Below are positions 43,701 to 57,140 of a stretch of 64,000 bases of DNA, piece by piece (the first letter of the stretch is position 1; every line of letters begins with the position of its first letter). Source of the DNA: the human T2T-CHM13v2.0 reference genome, Homo sapiens. The stretch is from NCBI RefSeq assembly GCF_009914755.1, contig NC_060929.1. One strand, 5' to 3'. Both the position numbers and the translations under genes were made by a program. The notes beneath the pieces were generated by a model. It made no database searches. It was not told where the DNA came from and saw only the letters and a list, made by a program, of their open reading frames with translations.

Positions 43701-44579
43701 CCATGCCCTGTGTCCAGTATTCTTCAAGGCGCCCCCTCCATGGGCCCTCAGGAAGAGGAGGGCTGACCAGGAGACTTGGTAGAGAAAGTCCGAGTGCTTT
43801 CCCCATCCTGGGCTCTGTCACAGGCCCACCCAGAATTACTGTGGAACTATCACCAGATGTCCAGGCTTCCCTGGCTGTGTACCTTGCTTTAGAGGTGAGC
43901 TTGGGGCCTCAGTGCCTAAGACAGGAAGGACTCACCCCCAGGTCAGGTACTTTCTTTCATTCCAGCAGCCTTGTGGGGTTCCCACCTGGCCAAGGGTCCA
44001 TCTGGGCCTCTAGCATGGCAATGGGGAAACCCTCTTTAGCCACCCACACCCTAGCCTACAAGCAGGGGAAGAGGGGCTGCCAGTGTGTGTGGGAACTGCT
44101 TTATGGGAAGGCTGGTGACTGGCCCTCCCTCCTGGAGGACAGAGGAATGCAGGCTGGGGCCTTTGTGGAGCTTGTTGCTGGGTTCTGGGTCCATACATCT
44201 GAGTTCCCTGCTTCCTGCTCACACTTCTGTTTTGCCTTCCACTCTCTGGTGGGCCTGGGATGGGTGGAGAGTGGAAAGAGAGAAGAAAAGGTCCCCACTT
44301 CCCCAGCCACCTTCATTTAGGTATGGACCTTTTCACCAGTGTGTGTCTGAGGCTAGATCTCTTGAGTTCATTCTCTGTTCTCCATTTTGATTTGATATTT
44401 TTTTTGCTTTATGCTATGTACTTAAGAAAAGGCCATCTCAAAGCCTTTTGGGAGGAAGTGGGTCTAAATATGTAAACATAATTAAATCATAAACACAAAC
44501 CACTTAAAAAAAGACATTTTGGAGAAATGTGAATAGTTTAAAAATGGGGCAGATGCTCAGCTTCCTGACAGGTACCTGA

Positions 44580-45160
44580 GTTTTTATAGCAGTTTTATTT
44601 GTGATGGCCCAAAGCTGGAAACAACTAAAATGTCCTACAATAGATGAATGGTTAAACAAACTGGTACGTCCATACTATGGAACACTACCCAGAAATAAAA
44701 TGGAATGAACAGTTGATTCCTTTTGGCCAAGTCTCAAGGGCATTATGTTGAGTGAAAAAAAGCCAATCTCAAAAGGGCACATACTGTCCGACTTCATTTA
44801 TGTAACACCCTCAAAATGATGGACATTTCAATGTGGAAAACAGATTGGGCCAGGAGCTGGGACGGGTGGGAAGAGAGGGGGTGAGTGTGTCTGTCAGGAG
44901 AGCAGTGGGGAGATCTTGGTGTTGATGGGGTGATTCAGTGTCTGGATTTCGGTGGTGATCTCATGAGTTTACATATGTGATAAAATGACATGGAACTATA
45001 TGCACACTTTATACCGATCAATTTCCTGGTTTGGCTATTGTGCTAATAAGATGTAGCCACTAGGAAAAACTGGGTGAATCTATATTATTTCAGGTAAGGA
45101 AATATGGGGCAACTCCCGTGAATTTATATTATTTCAAAATAAAACGTTTAAAAATGTAAA
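44580..45160 (+). mobile_element. Old L1M 3' end fragment
   Basis: aaagctggaaacaactaaaatgtcc...gatgaatggttaaacaaactgg...gagtgaaaaaagccaatctcaaaag, ending in aataaa and an A-rich tail. Confidence 0.75.
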
Positions 45161-45179
45161 TAATTAGGCAGTTTGAGGT

Positions 45180-45800
45180 TCTGCTTGTGGGGCGACGGGC
45201 ATGCCCTCATGGCACACCAGGAGCTGTCTCGGGACCTGGGAAGGGCAGGAGGGCGAGGGGCTAGGGCGATGGAAGGGGGAGATCAAGAGTGGCGCGGCAG
45301 GGGGAGAGCGCCCTGAGCCTCGCTGGAGCCCATCCCGGCATGGCTGCTGGGACCGACAGGCCGATCGCGGGCCGCGAGCACATCTCACAGAGCCTGGGCA
45401 CAGAGGGCCCGAACTGTGCCCAGCGAGGAGGACGCGTGTGGGTTTTGCCTGCAAGGGTTCTGACCACTTGGGGACAGCGAGGGCGCGTAGAGGCGCGGAG
45501 CTCACTACGCGCCGCCTCACTCTTCCGCGCGAGGTGCCGGGTGGCCCAGCAGCAGGTGCTCGCGCGCAGGTCCAGAGCGGCGCGTTGCAGAGCCCGCTGT
45601 GCCACCGGAGAACCGTGGAGCAGCCAGGGCCGCACTCGGGCGTCTGTCCCCAGCCTCATGGTTGCCAGCAGAGCTGGCGCAGGGGCGCGCAGGCGGTGAG
45701 AGCAATGATCCAGCCACCTGGGGCAGCTGTGATTTACCCCAACCTTGGAGTCCACACGGCTGATACCTCAGGCAAAACATTCCCGCCCGCTCTCTGGCCT
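45180..45800. promoter_or_regulatory. Orphan CpG island
   Basis: Isolated CpG-rich block directly after an L1 3' fragment; no gene start is evident. Confidence 0.75.
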
Positions 45801-48800
45801 CCTCGCCAGCCACCCTGGAACGCTCCCCTCTGCTGTGATCCAAACGCAGTTTCCCCAAAGCGATCTACATTGATGTGGCTGCCTTGTCCCACAACTTTAC
45901 CAATCCCAGACTCCAGATCAACACCTTCAACATGAGACTGAGCTTGCCCAGCCTACATTCAAGGTTCTTGGTAATTGGATGCCGGTCCACCATTTGTGTG
46001 CACCCTCTGCTGCCCTTTCCCAGACATCTCTGCCTCCTCTCCATGGGACTCACCAAGGACCCAGTATCAGCCTAACTAACTGCAGGGAATGGCTTTCTCC
46101 TCCTCTTCCTTCTCTTCCTTTTGGCGAACTCCTATTCACCTGTTCAGGCCCTGCCCAGATACCTCTCTTCTGAGAAGCCTTCTCCGGCCTCCCTCCCTGA
46201 CCGTGATTATATCTACTCTCCTGTTCTCTTGCCATGATCCTGGAGTTTTGTATTTAGCATGTCCTGCCTTTGTAGGCTTATTTTTGGTCACAGGCTTTTT
46301 GGGAGTCAGGACTATGACTTTCTCCATCTCTGAAGCACTCTCCTTTCCCCCAAGCACAATGACATGTTAGGAGCCCAGTATGGTTTGTCACATATGTAGG
46401 GCAGGGGTTAGGGCCACCATCATTCAGATGAGGCTGGTATGAAGGTTTCAGGCTTCCAGGGCCCAGCCAGTTTGTGAAAACAAGTGGTGAGTTCTGGCCT
46501 CTTGGCTACTTTGTCGAGTCATCCAATGTAATGCTCCTATTGGCTGAGTTCCTTCTGTGTGTCCCATCGTGCAAGGTTAGGTACTGTTGCATGGGCCATT
46601 TTACAGATGAGAAAACCTAAGGCCCAGAGGGAGTTACTGCCTCAGGCAGCAAGGGGAAGAATTGGGATTCAGACTTAGGTTGGCTGATGCAAGAGCTTCC
46701 TGCCCTGGTGCTTTCAGCCTTTTCACAATCCTGGCAAGTTCAGGGGAGTGGGGATGGCAGAGTCCTAGCTCCAACCTGGCTGTGACCCCAAACCCTGCTT
46801 GGGGAGGGAGCCCTGAAACGCTCTTTCCAACTTCAGTGGGCTGTGGGACAAGGGCTCCAGAGTGTACCGATGAGGGCTGCTAAGTGGTCTCAGGAGAACC
46901 TCAGTCCCAGCCCCAGCCCTGGTTTTGTTTCCATGTGGCTTTGGCTCAGTCAGGGCTTCCAGGAGGGCTTGGATCTGCAGATTTATTGCCGTGCTCAGGA
47001 ATTTCTTGTCCACCTCAGATATGGGTGTCTGGGGGATGGCCGCCTGGACTGGGAGTAAAACTGGGGTTATCTTGATCTCCAGATGAGGTTGTATCTGCTT
47101 GTGGAGTTGCTGGGGAAGGCTCTTTGCCTTCGATCTTGCTCATGCTCTCCTTCCGGCCCCTGATAAAGAGTCCCAAACACAGGGCCGTAAAGGTGGTCAT
47201 AAAAATGGAGAAGAAATGCTGGCGCAGCTGGCTTATCAAAGCGTATCGCGACGCCCGCCAGGTCTCCCTACTTCAAGTTTATTTCTCCTCCTCTGCTTTC
47301 TCTCAGAAGGTGTCTCGTAAACAGCTAAGAGGGTCATTTATAAATGTCTTCTGCCTTCATTCTCAGCACAGGCACTGCTGCCTTGCTGTCTTCCTGCTTC
47401 CAGGTATGTGGATGATAAAGAGATGGTCCAGGCATGGAGCATGGTGACCTTTTTCTCCCGTCTTCCAGGTGCCAGCTGAGATGAGACGTGGAAGCTGGAG
47501 GGGTCCGGCATCCCAGAGAGGCGTGAGGCTCCCAAACGTGAGTGACAACGACCCTGGTCTTGCCGGCATCCTCCCATCATATTGGTCGGGGGTGGGGGGT
47601 GGGCTGACCTCTGAGGGGACACCTTGCCATGGGCTGGACTCTGTAGTTAACCCACATCACAGAATCAATCCTATGGCATCAGAGCTGAACAGACTTTAGA
47701 GATTGCCTTGTGCAAGTCTCTCATTATTCTAGTGATGCCCAGGGGTGGTGGGGGACACTTTCCTGAAGTGGAACCAGAGGCAGAACTCGAATCTCTTGCC
47801 TCCTGACTGGGTGCAAGAAGCACAGCCTTATAACCATAACAGCAATAATCCCTCCTGCGTGTTTCAGGATGTGGAAGGCTTTGATGGTTCCCATTTTGTC
47901 TGATCTTTGCAGTGACTCCTTGGGCAAAACATGTGATTCCCATTTTACAGATAAGAGGAGCTGATGCTCATAGGTGCTGGGTGCCTGGGGCCAGCTTGCC
48001 TGGAGCCTCTCTTGACAGCTGTGTTCACTCTTTGGCCCTTCCATTCTTGACAGAGTTTTTTTGTGGAGTTTCTTCTCATTCATTTTCAAGAGCAGCTCAT
48101 GGGACGTAATCTAAACACAGCTTTTGACTCCCTAGTCCTCCTACCCTAACCTCCTGAACTATCAAACCCACAGCTTCATGGTCATGAGACGAAGCAAAGT
48201 GGGGTATTTCCCTGGGTCTTGGTCCCACGTCCTGGGGGTCGTTTGGGATCCTAGCAGGTGAGAGGCTCGTGACTGGGTTTGGCAAAGCTCCCCAAATGGT
48301 GAGAAGCACTGGGGACTCAGAGTCCTGGGCGAGAGGGCCCCAGATTTTGAAGATGGGTGGGTGGGGTGGTCAGAATGGGTGTGGGGTGGGGGTCCCTGGC
48401 TGTGGGAGCATGAGCCTTGCCTGAGTCCCTGTCTCTCTGGCAGCACCCAGTGCTTGGCATGCAGCAGGCACTCAGGAAATGCAAATTGTACAAATTAGCT
48501 CAGCCTCGGTGGCCATGGTAACTGCACCTGCCTTGACCACAGAGTGGCTTCCCCTTTTTTTTTTATAGCGCTTTTTGTTAAAAGGTATCTATGTATTACA
48601 CCATATCTATTTAGAACCTCCCCCCTTGCCCCACCAGAGTCAGGTAAGATTGTTTTCACATTGGCTGCTCTTCAGCCCAGCAGGACTTGGTTTTGCTCTG
48701 GGCACATCCATCTCTTGCACGAGGTGGGAACTCATTCTGCATTTCTGCACTTCCAGAGCTGATTCCTTCATGCAGGCCGATTTTGCTTGTGAATAGGCCT

Positions 48801-49849
48801 CCAAAAATAAGTTCTCTGTGATTTAGAAGACTAGGTTCTCCCTGCATTCAGGAGCAAACAGAGGCTTCACGTGGTCTGGTGACTTCACTGGGGTTGCGCA
48901 GAGAGCTGGTGGCAGATCCAAGGTTATGATCCTGGCCTCAGTGTCTCTTTTTGCCCCTTGTTTCTTATTCTTTCCCAGAATAACTTGCTGAGTGGTTAGG
49001 GGATGTGCAGGCTTCTGTGGTGGTGACCCCTGTGAGGCCAGGTGGGGGAAGCCCTTGTGTCTGCCTGGTGCCTGTAATATATTTGAATTATCTCCGCAGA
49101 TGAGCCCTGATTTAGCAAACAGTCTCGAGTAAACCTAGCTTGAAGACAAATACAATTGACACTGGGCTTGAGTGGTTCAAAGGTTATTGGCACAAAGCTG
49201 TCGGCTTTGTTTAGCCAAGGGGCTGTATTTATGATGGGTGATACGCAGTGCCATCCATAACTTGCCGGCAAGAGGGGCTGACGTCGGACCAGAGACAGCT
49301 TATTTACACTGAGCCTGGAGTTTAGTTTCTCTGCTGGGACATGCAAAGGCAATTCGATTCTTGGCCAAGTTGCTTTATGGGTTGATGGCTTAGGTCTGTT
49401 GTCATAATTTGGGTCATCAGTTAACCTTGCTGGGGAGGGATAGCACCCCTCAAGGGGATCATTTCCTGGGTGTGTGTACAGCAGGGTGAACCGGGGGGAA
49501 AGGTGGAGATGTAGGAGAGGTCTTTGGGGCTATTCAAAGGATGTGATCAATGGGTTTCACATTGACCCCTAATTTAAGCCTCACATACACTGGAGTAGCA
49601 GCACGTCTGAGTCCCTGGGGCCTGGGACTTGATTCCTCCCTGTATCTCTTGGATGCTTTGGCTAGTTTAGGGGAAAGGAACCATGGGGCAGACTTGCACT
49701 GAAGAGATTCATGTGGTTGCAGTGCTAGACAGGCAGGCTTTATAGACACTGGATTCCTTGGGAGAGAAATTATCCCAGGAATGAGCAGACTGTGGCTGTA
49801 AGGAGCCACGGCCAGTGCAGGCAGAGGTGTGTGAGGTTGCTATCAAAAG

Positions 49850-50360
49850 CTAGCCTGTGGTTTGGCTTTTTGGGGAGCAGCAGGCAATCTGTATCAGGGC
49901 CTTACACTATGCTTCTCTTGGTGACCCATTTATTCCATTGGCTAAAATCTATCCTGAGGAAATCGTCATAGATGGGGACAAAGATTCATGCACCTGGATG
50001 TTCACTGCAGTGTTATTTATAATAGCAAAACAAGGAACAGGTTAAATGTTCAACAGTAGGAAATTTTTATTACATTAATTATGGCATCTCAATAAAATGG
50101 AATACTATAAATTGACTCAATTAATGTATATAAAGAATGTTTTATGATTTGCAAAAATGATGCTAAGTAGGAGAAAGAAATATTTTATAAATTGTCTGTA
50201 AAGTATGTTTTCTGTTGTATAAAACACAGCAGAATGTAAGTGAGTTAGCTCAGATGGTGGGGTTCTGATTGTTTAATTCCCTGACCTCTTCATGGAATAT
50301 ATTTTCAGTTTCTACTATATTACTTTTCAGCCTCAGGAAATATTATTGAATAAATAAACA
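49850..50360 (+). mobile_element. Old L1M (L1ME-like) fragment
   Basis: gatgttcactgcagtgttatttataatagcaaaa...aaatgttcaacagtagg...atggaatactat. Confidence 0.6.
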
Positions 50361-51829
50361 AGAATCAAAGTTTACAATTCTTTGGTGGTCCCTACCCTTC
50401 TCCAGACCTCAGTTTCCCTGGGCCTAAGAGGAGATGCTGGGCCACTCTTGTTCTGCCCTGGCTTGAGTCCTGGGCTAGGAGGAATGATCCTCTGAGCCAG
50501 TGCTGGCAATGTGCCTGTGATCACCATGTCCTGGGTCTAATGGGCCACCTAATTTTAGTGCATGCTGGGGCAGCTGCCTAAGTGTGGCCCCAGCTGCCAG
50601 GCAGACGGTCAGGGCAGTGTTGGCAGCATCGGCAACCTCTCTGCCAGGCTGGTGAGGTCAGAGCACAGCTTGGGACCCGGCTGGGTAAGTCACAGAGCCG
50701 TGGAGGAATTCTCCAGTGTACATGACACAGAACATCACAGCCTGCATTTGGAAAGAAATCCACTAGCCTGGATCCTTGGATTGAGCAGACGGGAAGGGGG
50801 TGCCTTTGGGGAGTGAGGGAGAGGAAAGGCCTGCATGCTTTAAGTGCTCAGTGTTATTTTCCTGGAATTCCAGAAGTCACTGTGCTCTCAGGGTTCCCAA
50901 TTTATGGCTTGAACTTGTCTCTGAGCCCAATTCCATTTGTCAACTGGGGACTTGCATGGAGACATGAACGTTTCCCTGAAAGGTCTTGGCTGAGGGCATC
51001 TTCTGATAGTGGGCAGCTGTGGGCACTGTGTCCTTCGCCAGAATAGCTGGAGTGTAAGGTCTTCAGGGGTGTGAGCTTGAGAACATCTCTACCAGGAAGA
51101 TGGTTGAAGGGCAAATGGAGGGCAGGGCTCGGTTGGTGAGGGAAGATGGGGATGCTCTGGCCTCCTCCCTGGTCTCCTGCCTTCAGCTTTGTGTCACTTG
51201 CTTTGCAAGTCAAGCCACCTTTCTAAACCCAGCTCTTATTTGTCACCCTCACCCTCACCCCCGTCTTGGCTCTGCAGAGGCCATTAATAAAGCCAAGACC
51301 CCTGACTGTGGTGTTCAAGATCTTTGCCTAACTTGACCTCAACCTATTTTCCTGCTTTTTTGCTCACATACTCCCTACCTTAGCTAAACCATAGCCTGTG
51401 CCTTCTCTATTCTTGAACACACCATACATTCTCATTTCCCTTAGGCTGAAATTTTCTTCTGTGACTCTACCTCAGTTTAGTCACTGTTTATTTATGGAAC
51501 ACCTACTATGGGACTGGGCAAGACTCACCAGACAAACTCCTATTCAACCCTCAAGACCCAAATGTCTTTTGGTCTGACATGCCCTCATCAGCATGACCTC
51601 CTAGGTCATCCCATCTCTACTGATGATGATGTTTTATATCTCGTATTCTTGGAGTGTTTTGTCTGCTTTTCCCACTGGGCCTTGGTAACTTTCCTCTGGG
51701 CTCCTGGCGCAAGGCATAATTTTCTCTAAATAGCTGTTGGGTGTCATCATACGGAGAAGAGTCATTAGTGAATGCCGACAAAGCAAGTGAAAGGATCTAT
51801 TCCCTGGAGTTGTAAGGACATGGGATAAT

Positions 51830-52070
51830 GATAGTAAATAGTGTCAGTTTACACTTACCAAGCACGTACCATGTGCCAGGCACTGTACCAGGTGCTTTCC
51901 ATGCATTAACACATCTAGTCCTCCTCGACCCAAGAGATCGGTGTGGTTACCCCCTCATGTTACAGACAAGGAAACTGAGGCACAGGCAAGTTAAGACACT
52001 TGTTCAGGCTTATGTACCCAGTAAGCAGATGAGCTGGGATTTGAACCTATGCAGCCAGGCTCTCAAACTT
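51830..52070 (-). mobile_element. MIR
   Basis: catgtgccaggcactgt...ttacagacaaggaaactgaggcacag...gagctgggatttgaacc. Confidence 0.7.
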
Positions 52071-52834
52071 GCACAATATTTCTTCTTTCCTACTAGGCAC
52101 AGCAGAGATATTTGGCCCCTGGGAAGTGAAGGACACCCCCGTACCTGGTGGGTCCTGGCGCCGATGGTTGTTGGCAACCTTGCACAGGTGCATGGTGTAG
52201 GGGTGGTCGGGGATGTCCTCAGGGGGTCAGGGCTTTCCTGGAGCTATCCTAGTGATGTACTCAGGCATATTTTTACATCTCCTTCCCTTACCCCCACTGC
52301 CTGCCATGCAGGGGTTGGCAGTCCCCTCTCCTTTGCCTCTCCATTTGCCTCTGCATTTATTGTACTTGCAGTTATGATGCACTTACTGCCCAGGCACTGG
52401 GGATGTAGTGGTCCCTGCCTCAGTGGAGCATGGTCTCGTCAGCTGGCATGGCTTTCACATTATTTTAATCCTACATTGCAGGTCTGGCACAGATCCCAGG
52501 TGGTGCCCACCCCTGCTTGCATTTATCTCAAGCTCTGGGGTGGCCTGGGGCATTTCTGAGGACCCCATGCCTTCCCCCACTTTCTATCTGTCCAGGGCTC
52601 TGTTGTGCAGCGTCTGGAGGACATCTTTAATGCTATGAACATCTTTAAGCTGGGGGCAGTGATTCTTTAATGAGCTGACTGAGTAGTTGAGAGCACTTCA
52701 GGAGGAGAGGGGCCTGTCTGTTTCTGAGACCCATCATGGACCATATCTGTGCTTAGTTTTCAGTGTCTGCTTCCCTACTGGGGCCAGAGTGGAGATGCCT
52801 TAAGATGAAGGAGATGAGGATGACCATGAGTTCA

Positions 52835-53267
52835 GTATTTGTTTGCTGGGGCTGCCATAACAAAGTACTAAAAACTGGGTGCTTAAAACAACAGAAATGT
52901 ATTCTCTCACTTCCTGGAGGCTAAAAGTCCAAAATCAGGGCTGGCTCTTTTCTGGGGGCTCTGCGGGGGCATCGTTCCATCCCCCTCTCCTGGCTTCTGG
53001 TGATGGCCGGCAACCCTTGGCTTTCCTTGGCTTGTGGACGCGTCACGCCAGTCTGTGCCTCCATCATGTGGCATCCTTCTTGTGTCTTTGTCCAAATTTC
53101 CCTTTTCTCATAAGGACACCGGTCATATTGGATTAAGGGCTCACTTTACCCCAGGATGACCTCATCTTAACAAATTATATCTGGAATGACCCTATTTTCA
53201 AATAAGTTCACATTCTGAGGTTCAGACTTCAACATGTCTTTTTGGGGACACAGTTCAACCCGTGACA
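52835..53267 (-). mobile_element. MaLR solo LTR (MLT1B/C-like)
   Basis: ggggctgccataacaaagtac...aaacaacagaaatgtattctctcac...ataaggacaccggtcatattggattaaggg...gggacacagttcaacccgtgaca. Confidence 0.82.
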
Positions 53268-54553
53268 GACTCCCTGAGAGAAATGCCTGGGCGCTGCTTT
53301 GTGGGATTGCTGGACTTGTGGCTCAGTTGTCCTCTTTCTCTTGAGGGAAGCCCAGGAAAGCAAGCGTGGATGTCCGGCCCACCCAGGCTTCAGCGGAAGG
53401 GTTTCCCGGCCTGGCCTCACAGCTCTGGGAGGGCCTTGGGAGAGACATGGATGATCAAAGATGGCTGAGGGGGCCGGGGAGCAGCTGAGTCTCTGAGTGC
53501 TTCTTCTGCCTCTCCTCTTAGAAATGCAAATGGCATCTGTGCAGGAATCCTTTTAAGGGATGAAAGCAGTTTTTAAAAAGACATTAATCTCCTCACTCAC
53601 TTCCTTCTGATGGTTGGAGATGAGTGACAAGCCTCGTAATTGAAGATGGTGGGGCTGATAATTCGACAGTAGCCTCGGGAGGGATGTCTTGGGCTGTGAA
53701 TCACTGCACTACACAGACCTGATTGTCTCCCTGATGGTACCTCCCAGGCCCTCACAGCCTCTTGCTGGCGTACGAAGATGCACACACATGTGAAGGCTTG
53801 AGTTGCCTGGTTGTTAGGGTGCAGGATGCAGCTTCCTGGCCCAGGGAATTTTTTTTGGGGAGCAGCTGCTGCAGTGAGCAGGCACCTTTGTGCATGGGCA
53901 CCTGCTAGGTGCGGCGGTGAGAGTGTATGTGCATAGTAGGTGTTTGATGTCTGTTGAATGGGAGCATGCAAGGCTCAGGGTAGGGCCTCAGATGCTTAGA
54001 CAAGCTACATGTGGCCTCCCCGACACCCCAGGGCTCTTCTTGTCCTCCCTCACAGTAGTCTTCCTAGCACTCTCAGAAGGACCAGCCTCTCTCAGCTCAT
54101 GGGGACCCACTGCCCAGGATGCTGCTGGTGAGTGTTGGTTCCTGGGGGATACTTGACCTTTCTGTTGCAAACGCTTACACCCACGCTTGTGCAAGTACAC
54201 TCAGATCCCCTGCTCTCGGCCGAACCTGGGGGTTGTGTGAGGATGCAGGCAGCAGTGAGTGCAGAGGAAGCCAAGGAGGGACTTATGGACCTCAGGGAGC
54301 CCCTGATGGGCCCATCATTGGCCCTGATGACTGAGGTCGGGTCGATGTTGCTAGCACCTTGGATAGGTCCAGCCCTAAGCTGGGCTGGGTCTGAGCAGAG
54401 TGGAGATGAGTGAGAAGCCTTTCTACTCCACGTTTTCCCACAGCATTTCCGATAGAGCGTGTTGAGGGGGTCCCAGAAAGTGCAGCTCTCAGATGGGCTG
54501 TGTCCTAGAGACAGTGTGCTGAGAGGCTGGGGAAGTGATTTGGGGCTGTACTC

Positions 54554-54556
<3 letters not shown>

Positions 54557-54588
<32 letters not shown>
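54557..54588. repeat. (GT)16 microsatellite
   Basis: Read directly. Confidence 0.95.
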
Positions 54589-54590
<2 letters not shown>

Positions 54591-55459
54591 GGGGTATTCA
54601 CTAATTCATTTACTCATTCATTCATTCATGTATTCATTCTAAGGTGCCAGTCACCATGTTTAATTCTGGGGTTTCAAGGTGGGGACAAAACTGACATGGT
54701 CCCACCCTGTGGGAGCTCACAGCCTATAGAGGGAGACAGACATCAATCCAGCAATCGCACCAATAGACACAAAAGTACTGATACTGCATGGGGACAGCAC
54801 TCTCTGCTGAGTTTTGCCACAGGTTTGTGACTTCCCCCTTCATGCCAGGGTATTCACACGTTTCACTTATCTGGAGACCCCTTTGCTGAAGTGAACACTT
54901 GTCTGTACACAGCAGAACAGCTAGCTGGGTGTTTCTGACCCCCATTCACTTGCCCTTTAAACCGCCTCCCAAAGTCCCCAGTGGCCCCAAGGTTCTGGGA
55001 GTACAGTTTGGACATCATGGCATTGGGGGGATAGCAAAAAAGCCTTGCAGCTTTCAGAACAGCAGCAGCAGGGCAGTGAGAAGTTGACATTGCTGTTGCA
55101 GGATGATGCACCCAGCAGAGTGTTCTGAGAGGGGCTGTGGCAGTAAAGGAAGGCTGTGTCATCCAAACAGAGGGATGAGTGGGTCTGGGACCAGTCTGGG
55201 GCCCGAGTGGGAGACTGAGCAGCTAATGGGAGCAGGCTCTGCTATGGAGAGTGGGCCTGCCCAGGGGCCCCTGTGGAAGAGGTGGGGGCCAGGGCTACCT
55301 GTGAGCTTGTGCCGGTCTCAGCATGGACTCTTGGCCCATATTTAGAAAGCAGGCTGTGTCAGTCACAGAGCTGAGCTCCTTAAGCAACGTCCAAGGGCAG
55401 GCCCTTCCATGAAGAAGCCTGGGAAAGGGGAGGGCAGGGTGGCTGAAGTCTCTGGGGCA

Positions 55460-55970
55460 GTGTTAGTTTTCTATTACCGCTGAAGCACATTACCACATAC
55501 TAAGGGACTTTAAGTCAACATGCATTTATTATCTTACAATTCTGTAAGTCAAAAGCTGGACATGGTCTCCCTGGGTTAAGATCAAGGCCTCGGTCAGGCT
55601 GTGTTCCATCTGGAGACTCTAGGGAAGAATCTGTTTTCTTGACCTTTCTAGCTTCTAGAGGCTGCTTGCATTCCCTGGCTCGTGACCTCCTCCTCCATCT
55701 TCAAAGCCAGCCACACTGCATTTCTTGGACACCCCCTTCCATCGTTGCTTCTCCCTCTGACCAGAGCTGGGGAATACTCTCCACTTTTAGGGACCCATGT
55801 GATTACACTGGGCCCTCCCAGGTAATGCATGATAATTTCCCCATCTCAAGACCCCCAAACTTAATCACATCTGCAAAGACCCCTTTTGCCATGTAAGGTA
55901 CATCATTGCAGGTTCTGGGGATTGGGTCGTGGGCATCTTTGCTTGGGGTGGGTGGGAAGCCTTCTGCCCT
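55460..55970 (-). mobile_element. MaLR solo LTR (MLT1D-like)
   Basis: gcttctagaggctgcttgcattccctggctcgtg...gtgattacactgggcc...ttaatcacatctgcaaag...ttgccatgtaaggta. Confidence 0.8.
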
Positions 55971-56313
55971 GGAATCTTGGCAGCCAGGGACAAAGAAGCT
56001 TGTGACTCTTATTTGACTTTGAAGGTAGGCAGTCCCCCAAGACTCAAACCTACAGAAACCATGCCCCCTAGCTAGAACTGGGTGTGGAGGACCCTTCTCC
56101 ATGGGTCATTTCTGGTGGGGACCCCTTGACTGTGAGGCCTGCCCCTCCTCTACCTGTCCCAGCCCTGGGGCAGGGCTCCTTCTCAGGCTTTCTCAGCAGC
56201 ATGCCTCAGCTCGGGACTGCACTCCTGGTGGGGGAGGGAGCTGCGATGACGTGGGGCACACCGAGTATCCCCGTGGGAGACCGTGGCTTCTGGGGACCCA
56301 GACAGGGGACCCC

Positions 56314-56656
<343 letters not shown>

Positions 56657-56923
56657 TGAGGAGCTGGGGCTGAGCAAATGGGAAGCACAGGTACCCCAGG
56701 GTGCGTTTCCTCCCTGTGCCACCCCCAGATGCTGGCAGGCTCCCTCTGACCTCTGTGTACCTTCTTCTCCAGGAAGGCCCCTCAGGGTGGGTGCTGACCT
56801 TCTGTAGGAGCCCTCACTTGGGGGTCTGGGATGTTGACCCATGACATGGCTATGGGGTTGCAGAGTCTCCTCCAATGCAGAGGACAGTCTGGGGGAGCAC
56901 CCTGGACTGAGTGGCCTTCCCCG

Positions 56924-57140
56924 CAGTGCCATGGAAGCCACACTGGAGCCTGAATTGAAGGAAACACCAGTACTACCGATCCTGTCTTTATTTAACATTT
57001 TGGTATTTTATTCATCATAGATTTTTGCATTAATTTTGATTTTTAGAAATACTGTGTGGAAATATTGTTTATCTTGATTCCTGAGTTTTTTGGCTCCCTT
57101 AGCTTTTGTGTTTCACTTGCTCACCCTAGTCCTGGTCCTG
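56924..57140. mobile_element. Non-autonomous hAT-type DNA transposon (ORSL-like)
   Basis: CAGTGCC...GGTCCTG imperfect termini and an AT-rich core; degenerate 8-bp flanks cttccccg / cctcccag. Family name from recall. Confidence 0.55.

Noticed and set aside
51828-52559. 243-aa ATG-initiated ORF
   Set aside because: It begins within a MIR element, has no domain similarity and no promoter or splice context.
53130-53135. GGATTA PITX site in an MLT1 LTR, and TAATCC in Alus
   Set aside because: Part of the repeat consensus and present genome-wide, so not locus-specific evidence.
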